Assembly: GCA_964016885.1 (NCBI GenBank)
Contig: OZ024747.1
Coordinates: 88,226,001 to 88,290,000 of the forward strand
Reading direction: 5' to 3'
DNA from: Eledone cirrhosa
Lineage: Eukaryota
DNA: 64,000 nt
Position numbers and translations under genes: made by a program. Position 1 is the stretch's first letter, and each line of letters begins with the position of its first letter. The notes below the pieces were generated by a model. The model searched no databases. It was not told the origin of the DNA and saw only the letters and a list, made by a program, of their open reading frames with translations. This document shows positions 62,863 through 64,000 of this stretch, one piece after another.

Positions 62863-64000
62863 TTGATAATGATGATGTTGATAATTACAATGATTCTCTG
62901 AAGTTTTTCACTTTATATCTCAGTGCTGAAGATTGAACCTGTCTTTTTATAAATAATTTTTCCAAAATTAAATCTAACATTTTAAGTGAAACAATTTTGA
63001 TGTATGGAAATTAATCAATCAGTTTATAAAATAATATTTACTTTCTTGGTGACAAAAAAATGAAAGTATAGAAATATTATTTTTTGAAAACTTATTCATA
63101 CTCACTTATGTCATTTTATTTAATGCCTCAATGTTTTGGATATCTTTTAGCTCAGTTTAGGAATAACTTTTACAACAATATTTTAAACTTTAGAAATTGA
63201 AATGAAGAAATAGTAGCACCTTGATCAAAATGCCTTGTGATAATTGTTTTCATAGTTTATATGAAGCATTGTAAAGTATATTGTTTTGAGAAAGCTATAG
63301 AGTAAAATAAAGTTAGAAAAACAAAACAACAGCCTCACACTGAAATATTATAAAATATGAGGTAAACGTATAAACTTGTTATTTTCCTCTGTTTACTCTA
63401 TGCTAGTTTTCACTGTTTCATTTTTAACTTGCATTGTACTAACTTTTCCCAAACCATCCTAACCAATTATTTACATATGCCAAGGTATACTTAGCCTTTT
63501 GTATTTATTATCTACTAATTGTAGGGTCAACTATATACATTTCCTTAGAAATGTATAGTTTTGTGCTAATATAAGAAATCATTTTTAACTCTAACTTGTT
63601 TTAAATCATAAAAAGAAAGTATTTGAAAAATTCAATTTCTTTTGTAAAGAAATTTAACAAACACGAGAGATTTACAAAGTCGTTCAATCCCAGTTTGCTA
63701 TTTACTTTGCTTTCCATACCTCCTCATTTAGAACTGCATGCCTATTATGTTTACATTATTTCTTATTTAAATCTCCTTGTATTTAGGCCTTATTTTCTGG
63801 AGTTTTTAACACCATAACATAAATGGTTTAAACTGTACCTCATATTAAAATGGGAAATTAAAAGCAAATACTGAAATAAGAATTTAAAATTCCTTTAGAG
63901 GATCTTCAAACAACTAGAGAATATTCATTAATACAAAGATCTTTCTTTGGTATAGTTGAACTAAAAAAATATTTTATCAAAATTAAAGTATATAATTTAT

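Overview
AT-rich, repeat-dense animal genomic DNA. The tRNA-derived SINEs, RTE LINEs with (GAT)n tails and multi-kb (TA)n arrays suggest an octopod cephalopod (inference). The only host gene is the 3' part of an oxysterol-binding-protein-related gene (ORP3/6/7 subfamily) on the + strand: 15 phase-consistent exons from 19261 to the stop at 56603, with an FFAT motif and the EQVSHHPP signature. Its 5' exons are not in the window. Introns and flanks contain RTE and CR1-type LINE relics, a Tc1/mariner (maT-like) relic, hAT, piggyBac-like and mariner MITEs, two SINE families and four Penelope-like element (PLE) bodies from three families. The most striking unannotated layer is a dense set of type I hammerhead ribozyme (HHR) motifs, read directly from the sequence. 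Six have a full core plus stems (8986-9030, 12978-13131, 13438-13488, 16642-16692, 40341-40400, 60793-60830) and about ten are near-intact or decayed. They lie in PLE terminal repeats and in ORF-less derivatives embedded in (TA)n. Unusual traits are very long helix II, a recurrent U.U pair at the base of helix II, a shortened core variant, and DNA inversions that repeatedly pivot at the ribozyme. The long poly-IY ORFs are microsatellite artefacts.
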